Part shown: positions 1 to 11,399 of the stretch, piece by piece
Layout: each line of letters begins with the position of its first letter
How positions within the stretch are numbered: the stretch's first letter is position 1
DNA from: an uncultured Bacillota bacterium
GTDB lineage: Bacteria; Bacillota; Limnochordia; Limnochordales; ZCTH02-B6
NCBI GenBank assembly: GCA_937975235.1
Contig: CALJUZ010000131.1
Coordinates: forward strand, 23,821-87,820
Length of the DNA: 64,000 bases
Direction: 5' to 3'
Made by a program: the position numbers and the translations under genes
Notes under the pieces: model-generated
Told to the model about the DNA's origin: nothing
Databases searched by the model: none
Seen by the model: only the letters and a program-made list of their open reading frames with translations

Positions 1-27
1 CTGGGGCTCGAATCGTTCCATAGGCAT
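1..27 (-). CDS. 5' end of an unidentified CDS running off the window (MPMERFEPQ...)
   Basis: Minus-strand ATG at 27 (in-frame ATG also at 21), with GGGGGA 4 nt upstream. Only 9 codons are visible, so no identification is possible. Confidence 0.25.
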
Positions 28-54
28 AAGATCCCCCGTTCACCGACGTCCAGC

Positions 55-82
55 AAAAAGGGCACCCGACTGGCGGGTGCCC
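55..82 (-). terminator. intrinsic terminator after the S1-domain gene
   Basis: 9-bp stem GGGCACCCG/CGGGTGCCC (60-68 / 74-82) with a 5-nt loop. On the minus strand it is followed by TTTTT (55-59). Confidence 0.7.
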
Positions 83-124
83 TGGCGTTCCACATGCCGG
101 TGTCAAGCGGCGTTCTCTATTATA

Positions 125-526
125 TCAAAAAGCTCGGCGTGTGCCCCGGCCCCCTCGTTTCGCATCCATGCTCTTGCGCAGATGAGCCTGGCGCTCGTCG
201 CTCTCCCGCAGGAAGCGGGACAGTTTGTCCTCGAACGAGCGCGACGTACGAGCCCGGCCGCGGGCAGGCCGACCGGCAGCGGGAGACGGATCGGGATTGT
301 TCACCTGGCGGATCGAAAGACCGATCTTGCCGTCGCGCACGTTGAGCACCTTCACCTTGACGATGTCGTCAGGCTTCAAGTACTCATTGATGTCGTGGAC
401 GTACGTGTCCGCGACCTCCGAGATGTGCACCAGGCCGGTCTTTCCCTCACCCAACTCGACGAAGGCGCCGAAGTTGGTAATGCCGGTGACCCTCCCCTCC
501 ACGATGCTGCCAACTTCAATGGACAT
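125..526 (-). CDS. yabR: S1 RNA-binding domain protein (YabR-like)
   Basis: MSIEVGSIVEGRVTGITNFGAFVELGEGKTGLVHISEVAD... is a typical S1 fold motif. ATG at 526 is preceded by GGAGG. It sits next to divIC/yabQ/yabP as in Bacillus. The ORF-track start at 694 is judged an upstream extension. Confidence 0.85.
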   Translation of the reverse strand: MSIEVGSIVEGRVTGITNFGAFVELGEGKTGLVHISEVADTYVHDINEYLKPDDIVKVKVLNVRDGKIGLSIRQVNNPDPSPAAGRPARGRARTSRSFEDKLSRFLRESDERQAHLRKSMDAKRGGRGTRRAF

Positions 527-680
527 ACGGAAACAAATTCCTCCCCTAAAATGTTGCCCTGCGGGAACCGCCGTCCCGTGCGGAGACCTCGGTCCCCAGG
601 GTATCCTCATTATACGTGTTGAGAATATTTGTGTCAATCGATACGAAGCGAAGCGGGCGAGAAAGGGACGAACGTCACCG

Positions 681-1019
681 TCAGCGGTCCGCATTGTCCT
701 CGGCCGGGGCCTCGATGACGATGACCGGCCGCTCGCCGGGCGTCACCAGCCGCAGCTGTTCCCTGGCGATGCGCTCGATGACCTCGTCGTTGTCGTACTC
801 CAGCAGCTGCGCCTCCAGCTGGGCGTTGAGCGTTTGCAGCTCCGCGATTTGGCGCCGGACTTCCTCGATTTCCGCGGTGAGCGCGCGCATGCGCAGGAAA
901 CCGCTGACGTACCCGTAGACCGCGTAAGTGACGAGAAGGAACAGCGTGACGATGACGAAGAAGCGCGGCCGCACCCGGATGCGCTTGCCGGCTTGGGATC
1001 CGGTTTCCGCTCTCTGCAT
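681..1019 (-). CDS. divIC: septum formation initiator DivIC/FtsB family
   Basis: One N-terminal TM segment followed by a coiled coil (EIEEVRRQIAELQTLNAQLEAQL...EVIERIAREQLRLV). GGGAGGTG RBS. Conserved position after yabQ. Confidence 0.85.
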   Translation of the reverse strand: MQRAETGSQAGKRIRVRPRFFVIVTLFLLVTYAVYGYVSGFLRMRALTAEIEEVRRQIAELQTLNAQLEAQLLEYDNDEVIERIAREQLRLVTPGERPVIVIEAPAEDNADR

Positions 1020-1161
1020 AGGACACCTCCCGTCGGGCGGCGTGCGTGATCATGTTCGACGCGGCGCCGCCGCTTCCTGCGCCGCAGGCCGGGAGGCTCC
1101 CGGCGCAGCGCCGCGGCGCCGGCGCCGCGCTCCGGGAGGCGTCAGGCACGGGACCGCATCC

Positions 1162-1674
1162 TCAGCGCCGCCGCCAGGCGGGGCCCGGGCGCCAGACCGC
1201 AGGCGGCCGCCACGGCGGCCGCAGCCACGCGGGCCAGCCGGCCTGAAACAGCCGGGCCCGGTCCGCGGCCCGAACCCGCCAGGCGTAGGCCAGCCGCCGG
1301 CCCAGCATAACGGGCCCCGCGGCCGCGTACAAAATGAGGTGCGCGGTCCAGGACACGACGCCGGCCACGGCGCGGAAAAGCAGGCGCAGCGTCTCCAGAA
1401 CGAACGGGCTGAGCGCGGCGAAGTACACGGTCAAGCCGATGACGACGCCCAGCACGACGTACAGCCGCAGCTGGCCGCCGTTGGCGTGCAGCAGCAGGCC
1501 CGCCGTCAGCGGCGTCACGGACAGCCAGTACAGCATGTCGCTGATCCAAGCGACGGCGCCGCGGGGACGGGCCGTGCCGCGCAGCGCCCGGAACAGGTCG
1601 AACACGGCGCCCATGGCCGCGCCGGCGGCGATGGTCACGCCGAAGGCGTACAGCTGCTCCACGAGGGACGCCAA
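1162..1674 (-). CDS. yabQ: spore cortex biosynthesis membrane protein YabQ
   Basis: Multi-TM protein immediately downstream of yabP. TTG start at 1674 with GGGGGTG RBS. Arg/Pro/Trp-rich C-terminal tail. Confidence 0.75.
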   Translation of the reverse strand: MASLVEQLYAFGVTIAAGAAMGAVFDLFRALRGTARPRGAVAWISDMLYWLSVTPLTAGLLLHANGGQLRLYVVLGVVIGLTVYFAALSPFVLETLRLLFRAVAGVVSWTAHLILYAAAGPVMLGRRLAYAWRVRAADRARLFQAGWPAWLRPPWRPPAVWRPGPAWRRR

Positions 1675-1792
1675 CGGGCTTCACCCCCAGAGGCAAAGCT
1701 GGGCCCGCGGGAGCGCCCGCGGACCGGACCTGGCCAGCGTATGCGCGCGGCGTCCGGGGCGTGCGCCGGGCGCCTCTCCGGGGCCGCGCGGT

Positions 1793-2086
1793 TCACTTGA
1801 AAAGCCGGCCCAGAAGCCCGCGCGCCTTTTTGGCCGGCCCGTCCCCCGCGTACTCCAGCGCGTGCACCTGGCCCGTCAGCTGGAGCGATCCCGTCTCCAG
1901 GTTGAGCTCCTTGATGTGGAGCTGCTCGCCCCGCACGAACAGCACGCCGGCGTCCGTTTCCACCACGACTTCCGTGTCGTCGAAACTTTCCACGTTGAGG
2001 ACGCCTTCCACCCCCAGCGCCTCCCGGTGGCGCAGCGACAGCGCGTGCTTTCTGCGCGCGGGCGCCGCCTGCTTCGCTTCGGCCAC
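1793..2086 (-). CDS. yabP: sporulation protein YabP
   Basis: The pattern LSLRHREALGVEGVLNVESFDDTEVVVETDAGVLFVRGEQLHIKELNLETGSLQLTG is YabP/YqfC-like. GTG start with GGAGGG RBS. Confidence 0.85.
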   Translation of the reverse strand: MAEAKQAAPARRKHALSLRHREALGVEGVLNVESFDDTEVVVETDAGVLFVRGEQLHIKELNLETGSLQLTGQVHALEYAGDGPAKKARGLLGRLFK

Positions 2087-2218
2087 CGCCGCCGCCCTCC
2101 TTTCCGCCCCGGCCTGTCCGGGACCGCGTCGGTAACATATATGCCGGGACGGACAAGGGCATGACCGGGCCGCGGCGCCCGGCGAAACCCGCGCTGCCGG
2201 CGCGGCGGCCGCCGGCCG

Positions 2219-3271
2219 TCACTCCCAGAGTTTCCGTATCTCGATGCCGTCGAAGAAGAACTGGACGATCTCCTCCGGCGAGCGGCCTTCCCGGGCCATT
2301 TTGTACGCGTCCCACTGGCTGAGGCCCACGCCGTGGCCGAAACCCCGGCCCCGGGCCCGCAGCCGTCCGTCTTCCACCTCGAACTCCTCGATGAGGGTGG
2401 ACTTCAGCCGGTCCGCGCCGACGGCCAGGCGGAAGTCGTTGCCGCCCACCGCTTCGCGCCCGGCGGGGCCGTCCACTTCAAACACCGTCACCCGCTCCGA
2501 AGGGCCCCGCTCTTTGATGCGTACGTCGGCGACGGGCCCCACGTCCACGTCTATCTCGGCCAGCTTCCGGCGCACCTCGTCCAGATCCATCTCGAACTCC
2601 CAGTCCGTCACGTCCTCAGGCGCGAACTCGTTCTCGCCCACCCGCACGCTCTTGATGTAGGGCGGATCCTCCTCGTGGCCCAGCCCCTCACGCGCCGTGG
2701 CCGTGCGGCCGCCGCTGTAGGAGTGGAACCACGCCCGCACCAGCCGGCCTTCGTGCATCATGACCTGGCCGCGCGTCATCTCCACGCCCCGCTCGATGGC
2801 CGGGAAAATGTTGCCGGGATTGTACGCCTGGGCCTGCTCGTGCTCGGCGGGGATTTCATTGCCGCCGCTCTCCTCCAGGTATTGCATGGCGAAGCTGCGG
2901 GCCAGAATGGCCTGGGCCGCGTACGCCTCCACCGGCCAGTCGGCTTCCTCGGTCTCGCCCCGGGCCGGCAGCCGCCCCATCTCGCCGGCCACCACGCCCG
3001 CCACGTAGCGCTCCATGGGCAGCTCCTCCCGCCGCCCGTCCGGATGGACCACGACCACCGACGGCTCCTCCCGCATGCCGCGGGCCGAGCCGTCGGGCCC
3101 GCCGTCGTCGGACCCTTCCCGGCCCCGGGCGAAAAACAGTGCTCCCAGAGCCAGCAGCAGCACCACCGCCCACAGCACGATCCGCCTCGTTCCTGCGCCG
3201 TCCAACGAATCCGCCTCCCCGTTCCGGGGCCGCGCCGACGGGCGGCCGCGCTCCCGGAGGAATTTGTGCAT
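2219..3271 (-). CDS. spoIID: SpoIID/LytB-domain protein (stage II sporulation protein D-like lytic transglycosylase)
   Basis: N-terminal membrane anchor. The C-terminal motif [20 protein letters not shown] and [12 protein letters not shown] are characteristic of SpoIID. No clear SD before the ATG at 3271. Confidence 0.8.
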   Translation of the reverse strand: MHKFLRERGRPSARPRNGEADSLDGAGTRRIVLWAVVLLLALGALFFARGREGSDDGGPDGSARGMREEPSVVVVHPDGRREELPMERYVAGVVAGEMGRLPARGETEEADWPVEAYAAQAILARSFAMQYLEESGGNEIPAEHEQAQAYNPGNIFPAIERGVEMTRGQVMMHEGRLVRAWFHSYSGGRTATAREGLGHEEDPPYIKSVRVGENEFAPEDVTDWEFEMDLDEVRRKLAEIDVDVGPVADVRIKERGPSERVTVFEVDGPAGREAVGGNDFRLAVGADRLKSTLIEEFEVEDGRLRARGRGFGHGVGLSQWDAYKMAREGRSPEEIVQFFFDGIEIRKLWE

Positions 3272-3384
3272 TTTCTAGTGTGCAACGAGGTGAAATCGCC
3301 TATGCTAAGCATCCCAAAAGGAGGAATTCTAAAGGTGTCCCCGAAATAACGGGTACGAAAAACTTCCCAAAGGAGGAACGTTCT

Positions 3385-3663
3385 GTGAACAAAACGGAGC
3401 TTATTGCGCGGGTCGCCGAAAAGACGAGCCTGACGAAGAAAGCCGCCGGCGACGCGGTCGAGGCCGTGTTGGATACCATCAGCGAGGCGCTGGCCTCGGG
3501 GGAGAAGGTCACCATCGTGGGCTTCGGCACCTTTGAGGTGCGGGATCGGGCCGCCCGCCGCGGCGTCAACCCGGCCACGGGCGAAGCCATCGAGATTCCC
3601 GCCAGCCGCGTGCCGGCCTTCAAGGCGGGCAAGTCGCTGAAGGAAAAGGTCAGCGCCAAGTAA
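3385..3663 (+). CDS. hup: DNA-binding protein HU
   Basis: (V/M)[35 protein letters not shown]...[47 protein letters not shown] at 3385 lies 5 nt after AGGAGGAA. Confidence 0.95.
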   Translation: MNKTELIARVAEKTSLTKKAAGDAVEAVLDTISEALASGEKVTIVGFGTFEVRDRAARRGVNPATGEAIEIPASRVPAFKAGKSLKEKVSAK

Positions 3664-3666
3664 GGG

Positions 3667-4512
3667 ATGGCGGAGACCAACGGGCGCGAGCCCGCGGGGA
3701 CCGATCTGGGCCCGCTGCTGGCCGTCATGGCCCGGCTCCGCTCGCCCGACGGCTGTCCATGGGACCGGCAGCAGACCCACGAGAGTCTGAAGCCGTACCT
3801 GATCGAGGAAGCGTACGAGCTGCTGGACGCGATCGACGCGGGTGACGACGCCGCACTCATCGAAGAACTAGGCGACGTCTTGCTCCAGGTCGTCTTCCAC
3901 GTGACCATCGCGGCCGAAACCGGCCGCTTCACCATGCAGGACGTGGTCGACGGTCTCACGGCCAAACTGATCCGGCGGCACCCGCACGTGTTCGGCGACG
4001 CCGAGGCAAAAGACGCAGCCGACGTCGCGCGCCTCTGGGCTCAGATAAAGCAACGCGAAGCCGCGCCGGGCGGGGCCGAACCGCCCGGCGTCCGTTCTCT
4101 TCTGGACGGCCTGGCCAAAGGGCTGCCGGCCCTCATGGAAGCCGAGAAGCTGCAGCGCCGGGCGGCCCGAGTGGGCTTCGAGTGGGACGACGTGGACGGC
4201 GCCTGGCAAAAAGTCCGGGAAGAGCTGGACGAGCTGCGGGAGGCGGTGTCCCGCCACGGGCAAGACCCGTCCGCGCCGGCGCGGGCGGAGCTGGAGGAAG
4301 AGCTGGGCGACGTCCTGTTCGCCTTGGTCAACGTGGCCCGCTACGTCCAGGTGGATCCCGAGCAGAGCCTGCGGGCGGCCAACGCGAAGTTTCGCCGCCG
4401 CTTCCGCTACATCGAAGCCCGGGCGGCGGAGCTCGGCAAAGACCTGAGCGAGATGAGCCTGGCCGAGATGGACGCCCTGTGGGATGAGGCCAAAGAAAAC
4501 GGCGGTGGGTAA
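3667..4512 (+). CDS. mazG: MazG nucleoside triphosphate pyrophosphohydrolase (tandem MazG domains)
   Basis: CPWDRQQTHESLKPYLIEEAYELLDAI...EELGDVLLQV, with a second EELGDVLFALVNVAR repeat. Confidence 0.9.
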   Translation: MAETNGREPAGTDLGPLLAVMARLRSPDGCPWDRQQTHESLKPYLIEEAYELLDAIDAGDDAALIEELGDVLLQVVFHVTIAAETGRFTMQDVVDGLTAKLIRRHPHVFGDAEAKDAADVARLWAQIKQREAAPGGAEPPGVRSLLDGLAKGLPALMEAEKLQRRAARVGFEWDDVDGAWQKVREELDELREAVSRHGQDPSAPARAELEEELGDVLFALVNVARYVQVDPEQSLRAANAKFRRRFRYIEARAAELGKDLSEMSLAEMDALWDEAKENGGG

Positions 4513-4576
4513 AGCCCACCGCCTGTAAATGGGCCCTGTCGTCGCCTGCGCGCCTTGCCGGGGCCGCCGCGCGGGG

Positions 4577-5128
4577 CTACTGTTCCATCTGCTTGGCCAA
4601 AAAGCCGGCCGCGGTTTCGGCCAGCTTCAGCTCCAGCTCGCCCATTTTCCGGTGCGGGTCGTTGGTGGCGATGATGACCGCGCCGATGGGATCGCCTTCG
4701 GCGATGATGGGCGCGACGGCCTGGGCGGCAAAGGCCCACGCTTCATCGTCGTCCTCGTCCAAAGCCGGTCCTTCGCCGGGACCGGACACCAGCAGCGAGC
4801 GGCGGTTTTCCATGAGCTCCTCCACGATGGAAGGCACCCGCTTGTCGAGCCACTGCTTCTTCGGCGCGCCGGCCACCGCAATGACGGCGTCGCGGTCGGT
4901 AATCAAGGCGATGTGCTCGGTGGTCTCGTGCAGCGATTCCGCGTACTCCTGGGCGAAATCCCCCAGCTCGCCGATGGGCGAGTACTTTTTCAGGATGACC
5001 TCGCCGTCGCGGTCCACAAAAATTTCCAGCGGATCGCCTTCGCGGATGCGCAGGGTGCGGCGGATTTCTTTGGGGATCACGACGCGGCCCAGATCATCTA
5101 TGCGACGCACGATTCCGGTAGCTTTCAC
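4577..5128 (-). CDS. spoVT: stage V sporulation protein T (AbrB-family regulator)
   Basis: MKATGIVRRIDDLGRVVIPKEIRRTLRIREGDPLEIFVDRDGEVILKKY (SpoVT/AbrB swapped-hairpin N-domain) plus a GAF-like C-domain. AGGAGGG RBS. Next to mfd. Confidence 0.92.
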   Translation of the reverse strand: MKATGIVRRIDDLGRVVIPKEIRRTLRIREGDPLEIFVDRDGEVILKKYSPIGELGDFAQEYAESLHETTEHIALITDRDAVIAVAGAPKKQWLDKRVPSIVEELMENRRSLLVSGPGEGPALDEDDDEAWAFAAQAVAPIIAEGDPIGAVIIATNDPHRKMGELELKLAETAAGFLAKQMEQ

Positions 5129-5191
5129 TCTCGCAGCCCTCCTTAAGCCTTGTTTGCCCGCGTCGGCCGTTTTCCATGTATCCGGCTGCCG

Positions 5192-8100
5192 TCATTCGCG
5201 GCCGGCGGCCACGGGGCGGGGCCCCTCCCGCTCTTCGGCCACGGGCCACGACGCCTGCATTTCCTCGAGCACCTGCTCCAGCAGCGCCAGCATATCCCGT
5301 TCGCCCAAGCCTCGCCGCCGCAGCCGCACCGGCGCCGACCGCGCCGCGGACAGGAGAATCCGGCCCCGGAAGCGCCGGCTCAACTCGTACGCCGTCTGCC
5401 TGGGCAGCACGACCCCCTGCAGGAACCGGATAACCACCTCGTCCGGCGTGCCGCTGACCGACTCGACGCCCACCTCTTTGGCCAGCGCCTTGATACGGGC
5501 CACGGCCAGCAAGTTTTTCACCGGCGGCGGCGCCGGGCCGAACCGGTCCTCCAGCTCCTCCTGCAGGTCCGTCACGTCCACGACGGAGCGCACCGCGGCC
5601 ACCCGCTTGTATACTTCCACCTTCTGCTGCGGATCCGCCACGTAGTCGTCCGACACGTACGCATCCACGCTGAGGTCGATGACGGGTTCCGGCGGCGCCT
5701 GCGTCCGCTCGCCCTTCACTTCCCGCACGGCCTCTTCCAGCAGCTGGCAGTACAGCTCGAAGCCGACGGAGGCGATGAACCCGTGCTGCTCCGGTCCGAG
5801 CAGATTGCCGGCGCCCCGGATCTCCAAGTCGCGCATGGCGATCTTGAAGCCTGAACCGAGCTCGGTAAACTCCTTGATGGCTTGCAGGCGCTTCTCCGCG
5901 TCTTCGCTGAGTATTTTGTCCCTGCGGTAGGTGAAATACGCGTACGCGACCCGGTTGGTGCGGCCCACCCGGCCCCGCAGCTGATAGAGCTGGGCCAGGC
6001 CCATGCGGTCCGCGTCGCTGACGATGAGCGTGTTGACGTTGGCGATGTCCATGCCGGTCTCGATGATGGTGGTGCACACCAGAACGTCGATTTCGTGGTT
6101 CAGAAAGTCCACCATCACCTGCTCCAGCAAGTCCTCGTTCATCTGCCCGTGGGCCACCGCGATGCGCACCTCGGGCACCAGCTGCCGCAGCCGCTCCGCC
6201 ACGCGGTCGATGTTTTGCACGCGGTTGTGGACGTAGTACACCTGCCCGCCGCGGCCCACCTCGCGCAAAATGGCCTCCCGCACCAAGTCCTCGTCGTACT
6301 CGCTGACGTAGGTGCGGATGGGGAAGCGGTCCTCCGGGGGCGTTTCGATGACGCTCATGTCCCGCAGCCCCACCAGCGCCATGTGCAGCGTGCGCGGAAT
6401 GGGCGTCGCGGTCAGGGTCAGCACGTCCACCGTGCGCCGCAGCTCCTTGAGCCGCTCTTTCTGGGCCACGCCGAAGCGCTGCTCCTCGTCGATGACGACG
6501 ATGCCCAGATCCTTGAACGCCACGTCCTTGGACAGCAAGCGATGAGTGCCGATGACGATGTCCACCGTGCCGTCGGCCAGGCCCTTGATGATTTTCGCCT
6601 GCTCCGCCGGCGACTGGAAGCGGCTCAGCGCCTCGATGCGCACCGGGTACGGCGCGAAGCGCTCCCGGAACGTGCGCAGGTGCTGGTGGGCCAAAATGGT
6701 GGTGGGCACCAGCACGGCCACCTGGCGCGCGTCCATGACGGCCTTGAAGGCGGCCCGCATGGCCACCTCCGTCTTGCCGAAGCCGACGTCGCCGCACAAA
6801 AGCCGGTCCATCGGCCGCGGCCGCTCCATGTCGGCCTTGATTTCCGCGATGGCCCGCTTCTGGTCCGGCGTCTCCTCGAAAGGAAACCCGTCCTCGAACT
6901 GCTGCTGCCACACCGTATCCGGCGAAAACGCGTAGCCGGGCAGCGCCTCCCGCTCCGCGTACAGCTTGAGCAAATCCTGGGCCAGCTCGCGCACCGACTG
7001 CTGCACCCGCTGCTTGGCCCGGGTCCACTCGCTGCCGCCCAGCCGGTTCAGCCGGGGCGTCTGGCCTTCGACGCCGATGTACTTTTGCAGCAGATGGACC
7101 TGGTCCGTCGGCACGTACAGCTTGTCGTCGCCCGCGTACTCCACCAGCAGGTAGTCTTTGTGCGCGCCGCCGATGACCAGCGTCTCGACGCCTTGGTAGC
7201 GGCCGACGCCGTGGTTGACGTGGACCACCAGGTCGCCGACCTTCAGGTCGTCCATGCGGGTGGCCGCGCCGGCCCGCCGGCGGGGCCGCTGCCGCTGCTT
7301 CTGCTGTCCGAACACTTCCAGCTCGGTCAGCACCAAAAGCTTCTCGTCGGGCAGCTCGCAGCCCACGTGCAGCTCCGCGGCGGCCACCGCCACCGCGCCC
7401 GCGGGCAGCGCGCCCTCTAGATCCCGGGCGTGGCGAGCGGGGATTTCCTCGTCCTGCAGCACTTCCTGGATGCGGGCCGCGCGGGCGTCGGTGGAGGCGA
7501 TGATGACGGTGCGCCAGCCTTCCCGCCGCCGGCGGCGGACCGCCGACACGAACTGCTCCAGCCGCCCGTGGAACGTCTCGGGCGGCCGGGACTTGACCGC
7601 CGTCTCCGGCAGGCCCTCCATGCCCGGCACCCGCTGGGGCAGCCCCGACACGAACAGGGCCGGGCGGCGCCGCACCGCGGCCGCCAAATCGTCCCAGTCC
7701 GCGAACAGCGCCTGCTGCTCGGGCAAGACCCGGCCCCGCTCCAGCAAATCCGCGTGGGTTTCCGCGAACTCGGTCATCATCAGCTGCAGCTGCTCGCGCG
7801 TGCGGGCCGGCTCGTCGACGATGACCGTCGCGTCCGGGCCGGCGTAGTCCAGCAGCGTCTCCAGTTCGGGGAACAGGAATGGCTTGTACTGCTCCAGGCC
7901 CGGCGCCCAGCGGCGGCCCGCCAGGTGGTCCAGGTGCGTGCGGGCCCGCTGGGCCAGCGCATCCGCGCCCGCGCCGGCGCCGGCTTGCCGCAGCGTCTCC
8001 ACCTGCCGGGCCACGGCCTCCTGAATGCGCGCCAGCGCCGCCTCGTCGTCCACCGGCGGCACTTCCCGCGCCGGGCCGATGCGGACCCGCTCCACGTCTT

Positions 8101-8752
8101 CCACCGAGCGCTGCGTTTCGGGATCGAAGACCCGGATGGAATCGATCTCGTCGTCGAAAAAGTCGATGCGGTACGGCGCCGGGGCCGAGGGCGGAAACAC
8201 GTCCAAGAGCCCGCCCCGCACGCTGAACTGGCCGCGGCCTTCGACCATGGCCGCCCGCTCGTACCCGTCGCGGACCAGCGCTTCGGCCAGCTGTTCCATG
8301 GGCAGGATGTGGCCCACGGCCACGGTGCGCACCCGCTCCCGCAGCGCCGCCCGGGGCGCGAGCCGCTCGGCCGCGGCCTGGATGGGCGCGATGACGAGGG
8401 CCGGCTCCCCGGTGACCAGCCGCTCCAGGACGGCCAGGCGGGCCGAGGCGATGGCTTCGGGCACGTGCAGCTCTTCGTGGGGCCACACTTCGCGGGCCGG
8501 AAACACCAGCACGTCTTCGTCCGGCAGCAGCGACGACAGCTGCTGCGCCAGGCGCTGGGCGTGCCCGGGGCCCACCGTCAGCACCAGCGTGGTGCGGCGG
8601 CCCGGCTGCGGCCAGCCGCGCGCGTGCCACGCGGCGATGGCCAGCGTCTTGTGGCCGGCCGCGAAGCCGTGTATGTAAGCGGCGGGCGCGGGCTGCGAGG
8701 CGCCTGCCCGCACCTTTGGTGTGACTAGTGGGAAAATTATATCATTGACCAA
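5192..8752 (-). CDS. mfd: transcription-repair coupling factor Mfd
   Basis: Helicase motifs ([43 protein letters not shown]) and the TRCF domain. Start chosen at TTG 8752 (RBS AGAGGG 8 nt upstream), giving 1186 aa. The ORF-track start at 8926 is probably an extension. Confidence 0.93.
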   Translation of the reverse strand: MVNDIIFPLVTPKVRAGASQPAPAAYIHGFAAGHKTLAIAAWHARGWPQPGRRTTLVLTVGPGHAQRLAQQLSSLLPDEDVLVFPAREVWPHEELHVPEAIASARLAVLERLVTGEPALVIAPIQAAAERLAPRAALRERVRTVAVGHILPMEQLAEALVRDGYERAAMVEGRGQFSVRGGLLDVFPPSAPAPYRIDFFDDEIDSIRVFDPETQRSVEDVERVRIGPAREVPPVDDEAALARIQEAVARQVETLRQAGAGAGADALAQRARTHLDHLAGRRWAPGLEQYKPFLFPELETLLDYAGPDATVIVDEPARTREQLQLMMTEFAETHADLLERGRVLPEQQALFADWDDLAAAVRRRPALFVSGLPQRVPGMEGLPETAVKSRPPETFHGRLEQFVSAVRRRRREGWRTVIIASTDARAARIQEVLQDEEIPARHARDLEGALPAGAVAVAAAELHVGCELPDEKLLVLTELEVFGQQKQRQRPRRRAGAATRMDDLKVGDLVVHVNHGVGRYQGVETLVIGGAHKDYLLVEYAGDDKLYVPTDQVHLLQKYIGVEGQTPRLNRLGGSEWTRAKQRVQQSVRELAQDLLKLYAEREALPGYAFSPDTVWQQQFEDGFPFEETPDQKRAIAEIKADMERPRPMDRLLCGDVGFGKTEVAMRAAFKAVMDARQVAVLVPTTILAHQHLRTFRERFAPYPVRIEALSRFQSPAEQAKIIKGLADGTVDIVIGTHRLLSKDVAFKDLGIVVIDEEQRFGVAQKERLKELRRTVDVLTLTATPIPRTLHMALVGLRDMSVIETPPEDRFPIRTYVSEYDEDLVREAILREVGRGGQVYYVHNRVQNIDRVAERLRQLVPEVRIAVAHGQMNEDLLEQVMVDFLNHEIDVLVCTTIIETGMDIANVNTLIVSDADRMGLAQLYQLRGRVGRTNRVAYAYFTYRRDKILSEDAEKRLQAIKEFTELGSGFKIAMRDLEIRGAGNLLGPEQHGFIASVGFELYCQLLEEAVREVKGERTQAPPEPVIDLSVDAYVSDDYVADPQQKVEVYKRVAAVRSVVDVTDLQEELEDRFGPAPPPVKNLLAVARIKALAKEVGVESVSGTPDEVVIRFLQGVVLPRQTAYELSRRFRGRILLSAARSAPVRLRRRGLGERDMLALLEQVLEEMQASWPVAEEREGPRPVAAGRE

Positions 8753-8924
8753 AATAAAACACCCTCTTTCGCCGCGGTCGAGCGCGCGTCGGGTGCACCA
8801 ACCGGTGCGGCACCGCCTGGCTCGGAAACACGCACCCCTCACCGGGGCGCGCGTCGGATGCGCGGGAGACCGACGCTCCCGGACATGCGCCGTGAACGAG
8901 CAGAAAGTCGGATGGTGCAACAAC

Positions 8925-8954
8925 ATTATAGGTGCGGGCGCGGGCCGAGATCAA
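8925..8954 (-). promoter_or_regulatory. sigma-A-type promoter upstream of mfd
   Basis: Minus strand reads TTGATC (8954-8949), 18-nt spacer, TATAAT (8930-8925). It lies about 170 nt upstream of the mfd start. Confidence 0.5.
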
Positions 8955-9047
8955 CCCTGCGGCCCCGAGGCGGCGCGCGCCCGGGGCCCGGCCGGACCGG
9001 GCTCCGCCGGCCGTGCGGCCCCCTCGCGGCGCCCGATTACGGGCGTA

Positions 9048-9623
9048 TTATGGCATCGCCCGATTGTACTTATTCATGGCCGCTTCCACGCCTTCCAGCA
9101 CCCACGTCCTGACCGCCTCGGCGGCGCGCCGGATGACGTCTTCGTAAAGCGCGAACTCGTCGCGGCCCATGATCTGCAGAACATACTCCGCGGCCGTCAG
9201 CGGATGGGGCGGCCGGCCGATGCCGATGCGGATGCGGGCGAACTGATTGGAACCGAGCGCGGTGATGATGGACTGCATGCCGCGGTGGCCGCCGGCGCCG
9301 CCGGACGGACGCACGCGCATCTGGCCCGGCGGCAGATCCAGGTCGTCGTAGACGACCAGAAGATCTTCGGGGCCGCAGCGGTAGTAGCGCAGAAGCGGCT
9401 GGACGGCCTCGCCGCTCAGATTCATGTACGTCATCGGCTTGACCAGATACAGCTGCCGGCCGTCCAGCTTCGCTTTGGCCACGGAGCTGCCCATCCAGCG
9501 CCGCCAGCCGTCCGCGCCCAAATCCCGGGCCAGCTCGTCCACGACCAGGAAGCCCATGTTGTGGCGGGTGCGCTCGTAGCGGGCGCCGGGATTGCCCAAG
9601 CCGACGATGAATTTCAGCGACAT
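9048..9623 (-). CDS. pth: peptidyl-tRNA hydrolase
   Basis: MSLKFIVGLGNPGARYERTRHNMGF...; overlaps the ctc stop by 1 nt (TAATG). Confidence 0.95.
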   Translation of the reverse strand: MSLKFIVGLGNPGARYERTRHNMGFLVVDELARDLGADGWRRWMGSSVAKAKLDGRQLYLVKPMTYMNLSGEAVQPLLRYYRCGPEDLLVVYDDLDLPPGQMRVRPSGGAGGHRGMQSIITALGSNQFARIRIGIGRPPHPLTAAEYVLQIMGRDEFALYEDVIRRAAEAVRTWVLEGVEAAMNKYNRAMP

Positions 9624-10249
9624 TACTCCTCGCCGCCGCCGCCTTCGTCCGCCTCACCGGCTTCTTCGCCGGCCGGCTCTTCCTCGGCCAGGCGCGGGGC
9701 GCTGACCGTCACCACGGTCTCCTCCGGGTCGGTCAAAATGGCCACGCCCGGCGGCGGGGTCAGCTGGCCCACGGTGACCACGTCGCCCACGGCCAGCCCG
9801 GACACGTCCACGGTGATGGCTTCCGGAATATCCGTGGGCAGGCACGAGATCTGGATTTCCCGCAGCACCAGCTGCACGATGCCGTCGTCGGCGCGGGCGT
9901 CCTCGCCCTCCAGCGCCACCGGCACGGTGGTCTGGATCTCCTGGTCCAGCGCGACCGCATGAAAGTCCACGTGCACGAACTCGTCCCGCACGGGGTCCTG
10001 CTGAACTTCCTTGATGAGCACCTTGTGCCGGCCGCCGTTGCCGCCTCCGGCGATGTGCAGGTCCACCAGGCTGTGGGTGCCCGCGATCTGCAGCGTCCGG
10101 AACAGCTCCCGCTCCGGCACAGCGACGTGAATGGCCTGCGGGCCGGTGCCGTACACGACGCCGGGCACGAGGCCGCTCCGTCGCAGCCGGCGGGCGGCGC
10201 CCTTGCCCAGCGCCTCCCGGACCTGGACCGTCAGAGAAGTCTCGGTCAT
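9623..10249 (-). CDS. rplY: 50S ribosomal protein L25 / general stress protein Ctc
   Basis: GKGAARRLRRSGLVPGVVYG... plus a Ctc-type C-domain and an acidic tail. Conserved prs-ctc-pth order. Confidence 0.92.
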   Translation of the reverse strand: MTETSLTVQVREALGKGAARRLRRSGLVPGVVYGTGPQAIHVAVPERELFRTLQIAGTHSLVDLHIAGGGNGGRHKVLIKEVQQDPVRDEFVHVDFHAVALDQEIQTTVPVALEGEDARADDGIVQLVLREIQISCLPTDIPEAITVDVSGLAVGDVVTVGQLTPPPGVAILTDPEETVVTVSAPRLAEEEPAGEEAGEADEGGGGEE

Positions 10250-10288
10250 GATCCGCCCTCCTTCGAACTCGATCCAGCCTCTACCTTA

Positions 10289-11248
<960 letters not shown>

Positions 11249-11363
11249 CTCGTTCCATGAGCCTCCCGTGGCATACTGCGAGGACACGTCCATGCTCCGC
11301 CGCTTCCCGTCTTTCTAGGTTGACCGAAGGCCGGGGCGGTTCCTCCCCGGGCTCCGGCACGAT

Positions 11364-11396
11364 GCGACCCGCGCCGCCGTGTCCGGCGCGGGTCGC
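11364..11396 (-). terminator. strong GC hairpin directly after the glmU stop (terminator or RNA-stabilising hairpin; no U-tract)
   Basis: 13-bp perfect stem GCGACCCGCGCCG/CGGCGCGGGTCGC with a 7-nt loop. No T-run on either side. Confidence 0.35.
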
Positions 11397-11399
11397 TGG

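Noticed and set aside
5094-8630. 1178-aa ORF overlapping mfd in another frame. Similar very long alternative-frame or antisense ORFs include 5882-7420, 7430-8728, 17771-19807, 25923-27191, 28476-30263, 43237-45069, 45162-46907, 48187-49734, 49992-52295 and 39621-41210.
   Set aside because: Their translations are Arg/Gly/Ala/Pro-rich low-complexity strings with no recognisable motifs. They overlap well-supported conserved genes. Long stop-free shadow frames are expected in roughly 70% GC DNA.
8742-8954. 70-aa ORF in the pth-mfd spacer as a possible Fin/YabK equivalent
   Set aside because: It has no Cys-pair Zn-ribbon pattern like Fin and no RBS. The composition is Arg/Pro/Ala-rich, and it overlaps the predicted mfd promoter and leader.
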